Source: Candidatus Nanopelagicales bacterium
Lineage (GTDB): Bacteria; Actinomycetota; Actinomycetes; S36-B12
Assembly: GCA_044360385.1 (NCBI GenBank)
Contig: JBIKKK010000001.1
Span: 21,101-85,100 of the forward strand
DNA length: 64,000 bases
Direction: 5' to 3'
The position numbers and the translations under genes are program-made. The notes under the pieces were generated by a model, which was not told where the DNA came from, searched no databases, and saw nothing but the letters and a program-made list of their open reading frames with translations. This document shows positions 30,834 through 39,795 of this stretch, piece by piece; the first letter of the stretch is position 1; each line of letters begins with the position of its first letter.

Positions 30834-30893
30834 CGGGGTGACCCGCTCGTGCGGGTCCGCTAGCGGGGTGACCCGCTCGTGCGGGTCCGCTAG
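30810..30893. repeat. 30-bp tandem repeat x2.8, each unit a hairpin plus TAG
   Basis: The unit GACCCGCTCGTGCGGGTCCGCTAGCGGGGT occurs at 30810, 30840 and 30870 (the last copy is 24 nt). Each unit has a GACCCGC-TCGT-GCGGGTC stem-loop. The TAG of copy 1 is the holB stop. The CTA of copy 3 is the stop of the convergent gene. Confidence 0.9.
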
Positions 30894-31732
30894 GAGTTGG
30901 CGGCGCGCTGGAGCCCGTGCGTATAGGCAGTAAGCCCCTCGAGTGCGGGGGCCAGCACCTCATCGGTGCCTCGCGTGACGTCGGGGGCGGCGAGCATCGT
31001 CGCCGAGGCTGCGATGAGGCGTTCGTACGTCGCGCACCCGGTGGCCAGTCGTTCGCGGACTTCGACGGCGGCGGAGGTTGCGGCTGCTTCAGCCTCGGTG
31101 CCTGCCATCTCGACGCGGATCCCGTGCAGCACGACCAGTCGGTCCACCAGGGCATGCAACTGCGGGGCAGCCTCGAGATCGGCGCGACGCAGGTCGGATG
31201 CGGCACCGGGGTGGAGTCGCTCGATAGCGGGGATCACCTGGGCGAGTTGGAGTCGTAGTGACGTGAGTCGCTGCGACTGCTCGGCGCCGATCGCATCGGG
31301 GGGCACGACCACGGGGGAGAGCGGCACGGCATCGACGCGGGGTGCGGGCGGGAGCTGCGCGCGCTTGCGCCTCGCCACCGCTGCGGTGATGCCCCCACCT
31401 GCGGCGAGTGCGATCCAGATCCATGCCGGTCCGTAGACCCCCGCTGCTGCCGTAGTGCTCTCGATGACGATGTCGAGCACGCCGAGCGTGCCTGCCACTC
31501 CCGCGACAGCCACGCCGCCGGTGATCTCGTTGTTGAGAGTCCTCTCGCGGCGCTGATGGCGCCGCAGGGCGCGCTGCTGCTCAGCGAGCTGCCGATCATG
31601 CTCGGCCCGCAGGGCCCGGGCCTGTGCACTGGGGCGCTGGGCCCTCGCCTGCTTCCACGCATCGACGACGTCCATGCCCCGGGCAATGCCCGCCTGCACG
31701 ACGCGGGCGAATTGGTCGCGGTCGCTGGCCAT
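30890..31732 (-). CDS. Hypothetical membrane protein (coiled-coil N-terminus, two central TM helices)
   Basis: 280 aa with a charged helical N-terminus (AEHDRQLAEQQRALRRHQRRER), TM helices GGVAVAGVAGTLGVLDIVI and WIWIALAAGGGITAAVA, and a helical C-terminal domain. High GC3. No family recognised. Confidence 0.55.
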   Translation of the reverse strand: MASDRDQFARVVQAGIARGMDVVDAWKQARAQRPSAQARALRAEHDRQLAEQQRALRRHQRRERTLNNEITGGVAVAGVAGTLGVLDIVIESTTAAAGVYGPAWIWIALAAGGGITAAVARRKRAQLPPAPRVDAVPLSPVVVPPDAIGAEQSQRLTSLRLQLAQVIPAIERLHPGAASDLRRADLEAAPQLHALVDRLVVLHGIRVEMAGTEAEAAATSAAVEVRERLATGCATYERLIAASATMLAAPDVTRGTDEVLAPALEGLTAYTHGLQRAANS

Positions 31733-31798
31733 GTACCCACGTTACGCCGCCCCCGCCCCGCATGGCATCCGCGCCCGGAGCGCACGTAGCCTCCCAGG

Positions 31799-33277
31799 GT
31801 GGGTGCGCTGGTGCGGGCGATGGGAGCGGTGTTGCTCACCGGGGCCCTCGCGGCCTGCAGCGCTCCGGCAGCATCTCCTTCCACCCCAGCCCCGACTCCG
31901 ACCCCGCCGACCCCGGACCTCGCGCGCTACTACGACCAGCAGTTGGTCTGGACCGACTGCGATGGCTTCGAGTGCGCGTCGCTCGAGGTCCCCGTCAACT
32001 ACGCCGACCCCGACGGGGGCACGCTCGCGATCGCGGTCCTGCGCAGTCCGTCGACGGGCGAGGCGCGCGGCGCGCTGGTGGTCAACCCGGGTGGTCCTGG
32101 CTCGAGCGGAGTCGACTATGCGCGCGCGGCAAGCGCCGTGGTCACCGACGAGGTGCGGGACGCTTTTGATGTCGTCGGATTCGACCCGCGAGGCGTCGGT
32201 GCGTCAGCGCCGGTCGACTGCGCGAGCGATGCCGAGTTCGACCGGCTGATCTCCGTCGATGGCACGCCCGACACTCCCGCCGAGGTGACCGAGTTGGAGC
32301 GTGCGAGCGCCATCCTCGAGTGCACTTCCCCGGTCGAGGGACTCCTCGAGCACATGTCGACCGCCGATGCGGCACGCGATCTCGATGTGCTGCGCACCGC
32401 GCTCGGCCAGGACCGCCTGGACTACCTGGGGGTGTCCTATGGCACGCATCTCGGCGCGACTTATGCCGCGCTCTTCCCCGATCGGGTCGGCCGGTTCGTC
32501 CTCGACGGGCCGCTGCCCGCGGATCTCGACGCGGAGGAACTCACCCTCGGCCAGGCCCTGGGATTCGAGGACGCGCTTGCCCGCTTCGTGGAGTACTGCG
32601 CGGACGCGGGCGGATGCCCGCTCGGTGATGACCCGGCGGCGGGACTGCTCCGATTGCGCGCACTGCTCGAAGATCTCGACGCTGCGCCGGCGCCCACGAG
32701 CGACCCCGAGCGGCCGCTCACGGAGGCGGCGGCGACCTACGCCATCCTCATGTCGCTCTATCGCGTCGACGACCGCCCGCGCCTGCTGGACGCACTCGCG
32801 TCGCTGGCTTCGGGAGACGGCACCCCGCTGCAGCTCATGCTCGACGAGCGCGTCGGCCGCCAGCCCGATGGCAGCTATCGCGACAACGCCTTCGACGCCT
32901 TCTACGCGATCTCATGCCGCGATCGCGAAGCCCCCACCGACTTCCCTGCCTCCGTCGAGCGACTGTCGGCGGCTGCGCCCGTGCTGGGCGAGTACCTCGC
33001 GTGGGGCAACCTGCCCTGCGCTGGTTCGGAGGTGGAGGAGCCACCGGTGCTGGCGAGCGCGGCTCCCGCGATGCTCGTCGTCGCCACGACGCATGATCCG
33101 GCGACGCCCTTCGCTTGGGCGGAGGTCCTCGTCGCGCAGCTCGGCGACGCGGTGCTTCTCGTGCGCGAGGGGGATGGCCACACCGCCTATCGCGAGGGAT
33201 CGGCGTGCATCGACGAGGCGGTCGATGCCTTCTTCCTCGACGGCACTCTGCCCGAGCCCGGCACCGTCTGCGACTAG
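31799..33277 (+). CDS. Secreted alpha/beta hydrolase lipoprotein (TAP-like, S33 tripeptidyl-aminopeptidase family)
   Basis: Lipobox LTGALAAC|S, NPGGPGSSG, nucleophile elbow GVSYGTHLG, and a C-terminal TAP-like region HDPATP...GDGHTAY. Confidence 0.8.
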   Translation: MGALVRAMGAVLLTGALAACSAPAASPSTPAPTPTPPTPDLARYYDQQLVWTDCDGFECASLEVPVNYADPDGGTLAIAVLRSPSTGEARGALVVNPGGPGSSGVDYARAASAVVTDEVRDAFDVVGFDPRGVGASAPVDCASDAEFDRLISVDGTPDTPAEVTELERASAILECTSPVEGLLEHMSTADAARDLDVLRTALGQDRLDYLGVSYGTHLGATYAALFPDRVGRFVLDGPLPADLDAEELTLGQALGFEDALARFVEYCADAGGCPLGDDPAAGLLRLRALLEDLDAAPAPTSDPERPLTEAAATYAILMSLYRVDDRPRLLDALASLASGDGTPLQLMLDERVGRQPDGSYRDNAFDAFYAISCRDREAPTDFPASVERLSAAAPVLGEYLAWGNLPCAGSEVEEPPVLASAAPAMLVVATTHDPATPFAWAEVLVAQLGDAVLLVREGDGHTAYREGSACIDEAVDAFFLDGTLPEPGTVCD

Positions 33278-33286
33278 GGTCTGCCC

Positions 33287-34411
33287 ATGTCGTACGCCGC
33301 TCCCCAGGGCCCGCAGGCGCCCGCGATCGATGTGCGCTCCGATACGGTCACCCATCCGACGGTCGCAATGCGCACCGCGATGGCGGAGGCCCCGGTCGGC
33401 GACGATGTCTTCGGCGATGACCCCGCGATCCTGGCCCTCGAAGCGCGCGCGGCTGATCTGCTCGGCAAGGAGGCCGCGCTCTTTGTGCCCTCCGGGACCA
33501 TGGGCAATCTCGTCAGCCTCATGGCGCACGTGCCCCGTGGTGGCGAGATCATCGCCCCGGCGGAGTCACACGTCTTCAACGACGAGGCGGCCAACTACGC
33601 GGTTGTCGCGGGAGCCGGCATGCGGCCGATTGCCGAGACGTCCGACGGTGAGATGCCCATCGAAGCCGTCTTCGGCGCGATCCAGGACGCGGGTGACCCG
33701 CACTGCCCCATCACGAGCCTCGTCGTGGTGGAGAACTGCCACGCACACACGATGAGCCGCCCGATCGCACCGGATTACGTCGCGCGGCTGCGGGCGGCAC
33801 TTCCCTCGAGCCTGCCCATTCACATTGATGGCGCGCGGCTCTTCAACGCTGCCGTGGCACTGGATCTGCCCGTCGCCGAACTCGTGCGCGATGCGGACTC
33901 GGTGACCTTCTGCCTGAGCAAGGGCCTATCCGCACCCGTGGGCAGCGTGGTCGTCGGCTCGACCGACTTCATTTGGCGCGCACGTCGTGCGCGCAAGCTG
34001 CTCGGTGGCGGACTCCGCCAGGCGGGCATCCTGGCTGCTGCCGGCCTGGTCGCGCTTCAGGATGGCCCGGAGGGGACGGTGCAGCGTCTCGCGGAGGATC
34101 ACCGTCGCGCGAGGGTGCTTGCCGAGGGCCTCCGAGAGCAGGAGGGCATCGTCTCGCCCGGGCACCTCGCACAGCCCGATGGCACCCTTCTCGATCCCGA
34201 GCGCGTCACGACCAATTTCGTGCTCTTCGCGGTCACGGGAGGCGCGCAGCGGCGCACGGCGTACCTCACCGCTCTGCGCGAGCGGGGTGTCGGCATGGTC
34301 GCCTACCCCCACGGACAGGTGCGCGCGGTGACGCATCGCGGGATCGACGACACGGACATTGCATCGATCCTCGAGGCGAGTGCGCAGGCTCTGGCGGCGA
34401 CTAGACAGTGA
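33287..34411 (+). CDS. ltaE: Low-specificity L-threonine aldolase (PLP-dependent)
   Basis: RSDTVTHPT, VGDDVFGDDP, SGTMGNL, and PLP-lysine context FCLSKGLSAPVGS. Confidence 0.85.
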   Translation: MSYAAPQGPQAPAIDVRSDTVTHPTVAMRTAMAEAPVGDDVFGDDPAILALEARAADLLGKEAALFVPSGTMGNLVSLMAHVPRGGEIIAPAESHVFNDEAANYAVVAGAGMRPIAETSDGEMPIEAVFGAIQDAGDPHCPITSLVVVENCHAHTMSRPIAPDYVARLRAALPSSLPIHIDGARLFNAAVALDLPVAELVRDADSVTFCLSKGLSAPVGSVVVGSTDFIWRARRARKLLGGGLRQAGILAAAGLVALQDGPEGTVQRLAEDHRRARVLAEGLREQEGIVSPGHLAQPDGTLLDPERVTTNFVLFAVTGGAQRRTAYLTALRERGVGMVAYPHGQVRAVTHRGIDDTDIASILEASAQALAATRQ

Positions 34412-35240
34412 GGGCGACGACGGCGCCGAGAGCGAGCGCGACGCCGGCCCACTGCACGGGAGATAGCCGCTCGTTGAGCAACCAGCGGGCTAGGAGGAGC
34501 GTGGCCGCGGGATAGAGCGAGCTAATGACGGCGACGATGACCAGTTCCGTGCGCTGCGCAGCCACCTGGAAGAGTCCGTTGGCCACTCCGTCGAGAGCAC
34601 CTGCGGCCAAGGCGAGTGCAAGGGGATATGGGGTCCACGATTGTCGGCCGTGGCGCACAAGGAGAACGACGGCCATCAGGAGTATCAGTCCACTCGCGAT
34701 CCAACGTCCGAGGGCCGACACCCAGATACCCGAGGTAGCAGGTGCGAGCCCGAGCCCGGTGAGGCAGAGCCCTAGGAACAGGCCCGCTGCCGCGGAGAGC
34801 AGCAGTGCACGCGACGTCACCTGGCGGTGAGGCCCAGGCTCGCGGCTGACGAAGATCACGGCCATGGCGGCGAGGACCATGCCCGCCACGATGAGCAGGG
34901 TCAGCGCCTCTCCACGAATGATTCCGGCAACGACGGGTACGGCCGCACTTCCCAACGCTGTAAGGGGGGACACGATGCCCATGGGTCCTAGAGCAAGCGC
35001 CGCGTAGAGGAGGAAGATTGCGGCGCCCCCTGTGACTCCGACGAAGACTGACCAGCCGATGACCGCGGGTTCCAACTGTCCCGGTACGACGGTGAGGGCC
35101 AATAGCGTGAGGAGGATCGCGCCTGCTGGGTAGGACAGCACCATCACTCGAAGAGGGCCGACCCGCCGGGCGGCTAGGCCCCCGATGAAGTCGGCGCACC
35201 CCCAGGCCAGCCCCGATCCGAGCGCCAGGAGCGCTCCCAT
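34401..35240 (-). CDS. EamA/DMT-family transporter
   Basis: 10 TM helices in two EamA halves (GSGLAWGCADFIGG..., GVANGLFQVAAQ...). The tracked ORF (to 35507) is trimmed to MGALLAL at ATG 35240. Confidence 0.85.
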   Translation of the reverse strand: MGALLALGSGLAWGCADFIGGLAARRVGPLRVMVLSYPAGAILLTLLALTVVPGQLEPAVIGWSVFVGVTGGAAIFLLYAALALGPMGIVSPLTALGSAAVPVVAGIIRGEALTLLIVAGMVLAAMAVIFVSREPGPHRQVTSRALLLSAAAGLFLGLCLTGLGLAPATSGIWVSALGRWIASGLILLMAVVLLVRHGRQSWTPYPLALALAAGALDGVANGLFQVAAQRTELVIVAVISSLYPAATLLLARWLLNERLSPVQWAGVALALGAVVALTV

Positions 35241-35472
35241 GCCTGACCTCCGATCGGGCGATTTTTGCCGAGGACTTGCGCGGCGCTCACTGTGCCAGAC
35301 ATGCGGGCCCGAGGGGCCTGGGCTGTATTGGTAACTGCTCGCACTTCTGGTCGCCAGTGGTTCGATTTTCGTCTTTTTTTGAGATGTTTGGTCGAAATCC
35401 GGAAATTTCGAGATCCATGGCTCTAGATTTCGTCTCCAATCGACCGACCTTGGACGAATTGGAGCAGCACGC
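35241..35472. promoter_or_regulatory. AT-rich divergent control region upstream of the GS-like operon
   Basis: 232 bp, visibly the most AT-rich stretch in the window, with a T7 run at 35374-35380. It holds the inverted repeat TCGAAAT-N6-ATTTCGA (35392-35411), the imperfect palindrome AGATCCATGGCTCT (35411-35424), and two copies of GATTT(T)CGTCT (35364-35374 and 35426-35435). GGAG lies 8 nt before ATG 35473. Confidence 0.45.
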
Positions 35473-36810
35473 ATGACACCGGAGGAATTGCGGGACGACC
35501 TCATCACACGGGGCGTGAAGTACGTCTTCGGCTTTTACGTGGACGTCCTCGGGGTCCCGAAGAGCAAGTGCGTCCCTGTCGAGTTCCTGCCTTCTATGGC
35601 GAAAGGCTCGGAGCTCTACACGGTGGGGGCGCTTGAGGGGATGGGCGACCTCGGCCCCCACGAGGACGAGTGTGCGGGCTTCCCCGAACTCGATCGCGTG
35701 GTCGTGCTTCCGTGGCAGCCAGAGTTCGCCGTGATCCCAACCCTCCTCCACCTGAACGGCGTGCCGTACCCCATGGAAGGTCGCAACTTCCTCACTGCTC
35801 AGGTGGCGAAGGCGCGGGAGATGGGATTCATTGCCAACGTTGGCATCGAGCCGGAGTTCTACGTCATTCGCGAGCAAGAAGGCCGCTGGGTTCCACTGGT
35901 TTCGGATGATGTGCTCAACACACCGACCCGCGGATACGACCTAGAGGCAACCGTCCAGGCCTCGGCGTTCCTGACGCCGATGGCCGAGCACATGAAGGAG
36001 CTGGGTTGGGGTCTCTACTCCTTCGACCATGAAGGTGGTGATGGCCAGTACGAATTCAACTTCCATTACGCCGACGCGATCACCATGGCTGATCGGATGG
36101 TGCTCTTTCGCCTCATGGCGAAGCATTGCGCGCGGGAAGTGGGCTGCATCGCCACGTTCATGCCCAAGCCATTCCAGGATGACTTTGGCTCCGCATCCCA
36201 CATCAATATCAGCATCGCGGATGCGGAAACCGGAGAGAATCTTTTTGAGGCGCCTGATGGAACCTACAGCGAGCTCTCGCGCCACTTCGTAGCCGGCGTA
36301 CTTGAGCACGCAGGCGCCATCATGGCCCTGACTTCCCCTCTCGTGAACTCATACAAGCGATTCACCAGCAAGGGCTATATGGACGAGATTTCTTGGGCTC
36401 CTGTCTACCGGGCCTGGGGTGAGAACAATCGCACGCTGATGTGCCGGATGCCGGTAAACCGGCACTGCCTCGAGGTGCGCACTGCAGATGCAGCAGTGAA
36501 CTACCACCTCGGCATCGGCATCGTCCTTGCGGCGGGTCTCGATGGGATCCAGCGAAAGCTGGACCCGGGAGCCCCCCTCAACTACGACATGTACAAGGCC
36601 ACGAAGGAGCAGCTCGCCGCAGCGGGAGACATCTCGTTGCCCACCACCCTGGGCGATGCCCTGAATGAGCTCGAGGCGGATGACCTGGCCCGAGAGGTGA
36701 TGGGAGACGCCTTCCACAGCGCCTATCTCGACTACAAGCGCAGGGAAGTCGCGGAGTTCAACTCGGTCGTCACCAACTGGGAGATCGACAGGTATCTGCA
36801 GCAGAACTAG
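35473..36810 (+). CDS. Glutamine-synthetase-family enzyme (gamma-glutamyl-amine ligase type)
   Basis: GS catalytic motifs are present: NVGIEPEFYVI, FDHEGGDGQYEFNF, FMPKPF, GSASHINISI, NRTLMCRMP and LEVRTADAAVNYHLG. At 445 aa with no adenylylation loop, it looks like the GlnA3/GlnA4/PuuA-like group. Confidence 0.85.
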   Translation: MTPEELRDDLITRGVKYVFGFYVDVLGVPKSKCVPVEFLPSMAKGSELYTVGALEGMGDLGPHEDECAGFPELDRVVVLPWQPEFAVIPTLLHLNGVPYPMEGRNFLTAQVAKAREMGFIANVGIEPEFYVIREQEGRWVPLVSDDVLNTPTRGYDLEATVQASAFLTPMAEHMKELGWGLYSFDHEGGDGQYEFNFHYADAITMADRMVLFRLMAKHCAREVGCIATFMPKPFQDDFGSASHINISIADAETGENLFEAPDGTYSELSRHFVAGVLEHAGAIMALTSPLVNSYKRFTSKGYMDEISWAPVYRAWGENNRTLMCRMPVNRHCLEVRTADAAVNYHLGIGIVLAAGLDGIQRKLDPGAPLNYDMYKATKEQLAAAGDISLPTTLGDALNELEADDLAREVMGDAFHSAYLDYKRREVAEFNSVVTNWEIDRYLQQN

Positions 36811-36863
36811 CGGACCGTAGCCGCTGCGCGAGCACGGCAGCAAGAAGGATAGGAGCAGGTCAC

Positions 36864-38156
36864 GTGAATGAATTGGCTCTCTCCTCTGATGCCGACGCGC
36901 GTCGTGCACTCGCCAATGCGCTGACGGTGAGCCGCATGCTGGAGGCACGGCCGATGCTCGTGGATGTCGCGCGAGCAGAGGATGTGGTGCCCGGCGTGAC
37001 GGCGAGCACCATCCTGACGTCGGGGGCTCCACTCGGCTGGGAGAGCTACCAGGGTGGCCAGCGGCGCTCGGTCCTCAACGCTGCCCTCTTCGAGGGTCTC
37101 GCCCAGGATCATGAAGAGGCCGATCGCCTCATCCTCGAGGGCGCGATCACTGTTGGCACGACCCAGGCGCACGGATGCATCGGCTCTGTGGCCGGCATCT
37201 ACACGGCGTCAATGCCCGTCCTCGTCGTGGAGGATGCCACGTTCGGGGGCCGCGCCTACTGCAATCTGTATGAAGGCAAGAGCCCCATGCGGCTCAACTA
37301 CGGGGCCTACGGAGAGACGGTCATCGAGTCCCTGCGCTGGCTCGAGTCCGTCATGGGCCCGGTTCTCGCCGAGGTGCTTCGGCGTACTGGACCGATCGAC
37401 TTGAAGTCGATCATGGCGCGCGCCCTTCGAATGGGTGACGAGCTCCATAGCCGGAACACGGCGGCAACGATGCTCTTCGATCGCACGATTCGCGACGTGC
37501 TCACCGAGATGGTGTTCGACGGTTCGATGCCTCAGGCGCGCCACGTCATCGAATTCCTGGAGGAGAATGACTACACCTTCCTGCGCATGGGAATGGCGGC
37601 TGCGAAGTGCACCGCAGACGCCGCTCATGGGATTGAGCGCAGCAGCGTGGTCACCGGCATCGTCATCGATTGTCTTGGCCTGTCTATTCGTGTGAGTGGT
37701 CTGGGAGACCAATGGTTCACGGGGGCTCATCCCACTCTGGAGGGCCGGTTCTTCGACGGCTTCGGGCCTGACGATGCGGAGTGGATCGGCGGAGAGAGTT
37801 GTTTCACCGAGGTTGTGGGCCTAGGCGGATTCGCGCAGGCCTGCGCGCCGACGCTTCAGGCCTACCAAGGGGGCGACTACGCCGCGATGCTCCGCGCAAA
37901 CGAGGAGATGTATCGCATCACCGTGGCAGAGCATGACGAGTTCCTGCTCCCTCCCTTCTCCTTCCGGGGATCGCCGGTGGGCATTGATGTCGAGCTCGTC
38001 ATCCGCGAGGGACTCACTCCCGCTATCGATGGCGGTCTCGCGGGCAAGACCGGGGGGCAAATCGGGGCAGGGGTGCTTCGCCCGCACCTGGACTGCTTCG
38101 AGCTAGCACGAGGGGCGTACGTGGCCGCGTATGACCCGCAGCACGGTGGCCAGTGA
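36864..38156 (+). CDS. DUF1116 family protein (YlbE/AllG-like)
   Basis: 430 aa. I recognise the YlbE-type pattern (GAPLGWESYQGG..., HGCIGSVAGIYTASMPVLVVED, RLNYGAY, MGDELHSRNTAAT, GGESCFTEVVGLGGFA) from memory only. GTG start with AGGAG 8 nt upstream. Confidence 0.7.
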   Translation: MNELALSSDADARRALANALTVSRMLEARPMLVDVARAEDVVPGVTASTILTSGAPLGWESYQGGQRRSVLNAALFEGLAQDHEEADRLILEGAITVGTTQAHGCIGSVAGIYTASMPVLVVEDATFGGRAYCNLYEGKSPMRLNYGAYGETVIESLRWLESVMGPVLAEVLRRTGPIDLKSIMARALRMGDELHSRNTAATMLFDRTIRDVLTEMVFDGSMPQARHVIEFLEENDYTFLRMGMAAAKCTADAAHGIERSSVVTGIVIDCLGLSIRVSGLGDQWFTGAHPTLEGRFFDGFGPDDAEWIGGESCFTEVVGLGGFAQACAPTLQAYQGGDYAAMLRANEEMYRITVAEHDEFLLPPFSFRGSPVGIDVELVIREGLTPAIDGGLAGKTGGQIGAGVLRPHLDCFELARGAYVAAYDPQHGGQ

Positions 38157-38198
38157 GACTCGATCTCACGGGCCCTGAAGCCTCAGATAGGAGGTGCC

Positions 38199-39659
38199 AT
38201 GTCCGATAGTCAGTCAGGAACGAGTACGCCGGAGGCGTCCGGCAGCGCACGCATCACGGGCAACATGGGCCCACTCGAGATCGCCTTCTTCACCATCGCG
38301 GCCGCAGGCCCGCTTCTCGTGGTGGCGGGCTTCCTGCCGGTCGCGTTCATGATCGGAGGTCCCGGTGCGGTCGGGGCTCAAGTCATTGCTGGACTTGTGC
38401 TTGTCCTCTTCTCCGTGGGCCTCACGCGCATGGCGCTGCGCATCACCAATTCGGGCGCCTTTTACGCCTACATCGGCCGCGGACTCGGGCGTCCCATGGG
38501 AGGCGGCGCGGCTTTCCTTGCCATGGTCGCTTACGCCGTCATCGTTATTGGGCAGTTTGGCGCGATCGGAGCCTTCACCCAGGTCCTATTTGCGAGCCTT
38601 TGGGGAGTCGACATCCCCTGGATCGTCTTTTCCCTCATCGCGCTGGCCATCGTCGCTTTCTTGGGCTACCGCCAGATCTCCCTGAGCGCGAAGGTCTTGG
38701 GCGTAGCTCTCCTCACCGAGGCCGGTGTGCTCCTCGTCCTCGCCGTCCCCGTCCTGCTCCAGGGCGGTGCTGAAGGCTATGACTTCAGCGGCTTCTCGCC
38801 CACGACAGTTTTTGCGGGTGCGGGTGCGGGTGCGATGTTCGCCATCGCGTTCGGCGCCTTCATTGGCTTTGAGTCCACAGCCATCTACTCCGAAGAGGCA
38901 AAGAACCCCAAGCGCACCCTGCCTCGCGCGATCTACCTTGCCGTGGGGTTCCTCACCGTCTTCTACGGCTTCATGGCCTGGGTTCTGGTGACCGCCTACG
39001 GCAGTTCGGCCATCCAGGAAGCAGCCCTGGCCGATCCTGTGGGCCTCGTCTTCGCGGCCATGGAACAGTACGTGGGCTACCCGGCCGTCGTGGTCACCGA
39101 GGTTCTCCTGGTGACCAGCTCCTTCGCGTCCGTGCTGGCGTTTCACAACACAGCGAGCCGCTACATGTTTGCGCTGGGCCGGGAGCGACTGCTTCCGGCC
39201 GGGCTGGCCAAGGTCAACCCGAAGTACGGATCGCCCTATGTTGCGAGCCAGGTGATGGTTGCCATCGCACTTGTGCTCACGGTGGTCTTCTATTTCATCG
39301 GCGCCGACCCTTACCTTCAGGTTTTCCTGCTCGGCGTCGCCCCCGGTGTGATCGCGATTGTGGTCCTGCAAGCGCTGTGCTCGGTGGCGATCGTCGCCTA
39401 CTTCGCGCGCAACCGCGACAGCAACCTGACCGTGTGGAGCACGATCGTCGCGCCCGCGGTCAGCGCCGTGCTGCTCACCATCGCGTGCTACCTCATCATG
39501 ACGAACTTCGACTACTTCACAGGCAGGACGGACTGGGTCAACTGGGCGCTGCTCGCCATCCTTCCCGTGGTCTTCGTCATCGGTGTCGTGCGCACTTTGA
39601 TCATGCGTGCGTCTCACCCGGCGGAGTACGCCGTGCTCACCGAAACCAAGGTCTACTGA
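38199..39659 (+). CDS. APC-superfamily amino acid/amine permease
   Basis: 486 aa, 12 TM helices, with the APC-type N-terminus GPLEIAFFTIAAAGPLLVVAGF and FIGFESTAIYSEEAKNPKRTLPRA. GGAGG precedes the ATG. Confidence 0.85.
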   Translation: MSDSQSGTSTPEASGSARITGNMGPLEIAFFTIAAAGPLLVVAGFLPVAFMIGGPGAVGAQVIAGLVLVLFSVGLTRMALRITNSGAFYAYIGRGLGRPMGGGAAFLAMVAYAVIVIGQFGAIGAFTQVLFASLWGVDIPWIVFSLIALAIVAFLGYRQISLSAKVLGVALLTEAGVLLVLAVPVLLQGGAEGYDFSGFSPTTVFAGAGAGAMFAIAFGAFIGFESTAIYSEEAKNPKRTLPRAIYLAVGFLTVFYGFMAWVLVTAYGSSAIQEAALADPVGLVFAAMEQYVGYPAVVVTEVLLVTSSFASVLAFHNTASRYMFALGRERLLPAGLAKVNPKYGSPYVASQVMVAIALVLTVVFYFIGADPYLQVFLLGVAPGVIAIVVLQALCSVAIVAYFARNRDSNLTVWSTIVAPAVSAVLLTIACYLIMTNFDYFTGRTDWVNWALLAILPVVFVIGVVRTLIMRASHPAEYAVLTETKVY

Positions 39660-39665
39660 GGTGAC

Positions 39666-39718
39666 CCCAGGTCCTGCCGATCCGGCCCCCCCGCCTGATC
39701 GGATCGGCAGGACCTGGG
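39666..39718 (+). terminator. Strong hairpin after the permease gene
   Basis: 19-bp perfect stem CCCAGGTCCTGCCGATCCG / CGGATCGGCAGGACCTGGG with a 15-nt C-rich loop, starting 7 nt after the stop. No U-tract. Confidence 0.7.
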
Positions 39719-39795
39719 CGCACGGACCTGACGACGTGACTGACTACGATGACTCCGTGCTGTCCAGGAGACGCGCGCCCCAGGAGGGTCAGCGC

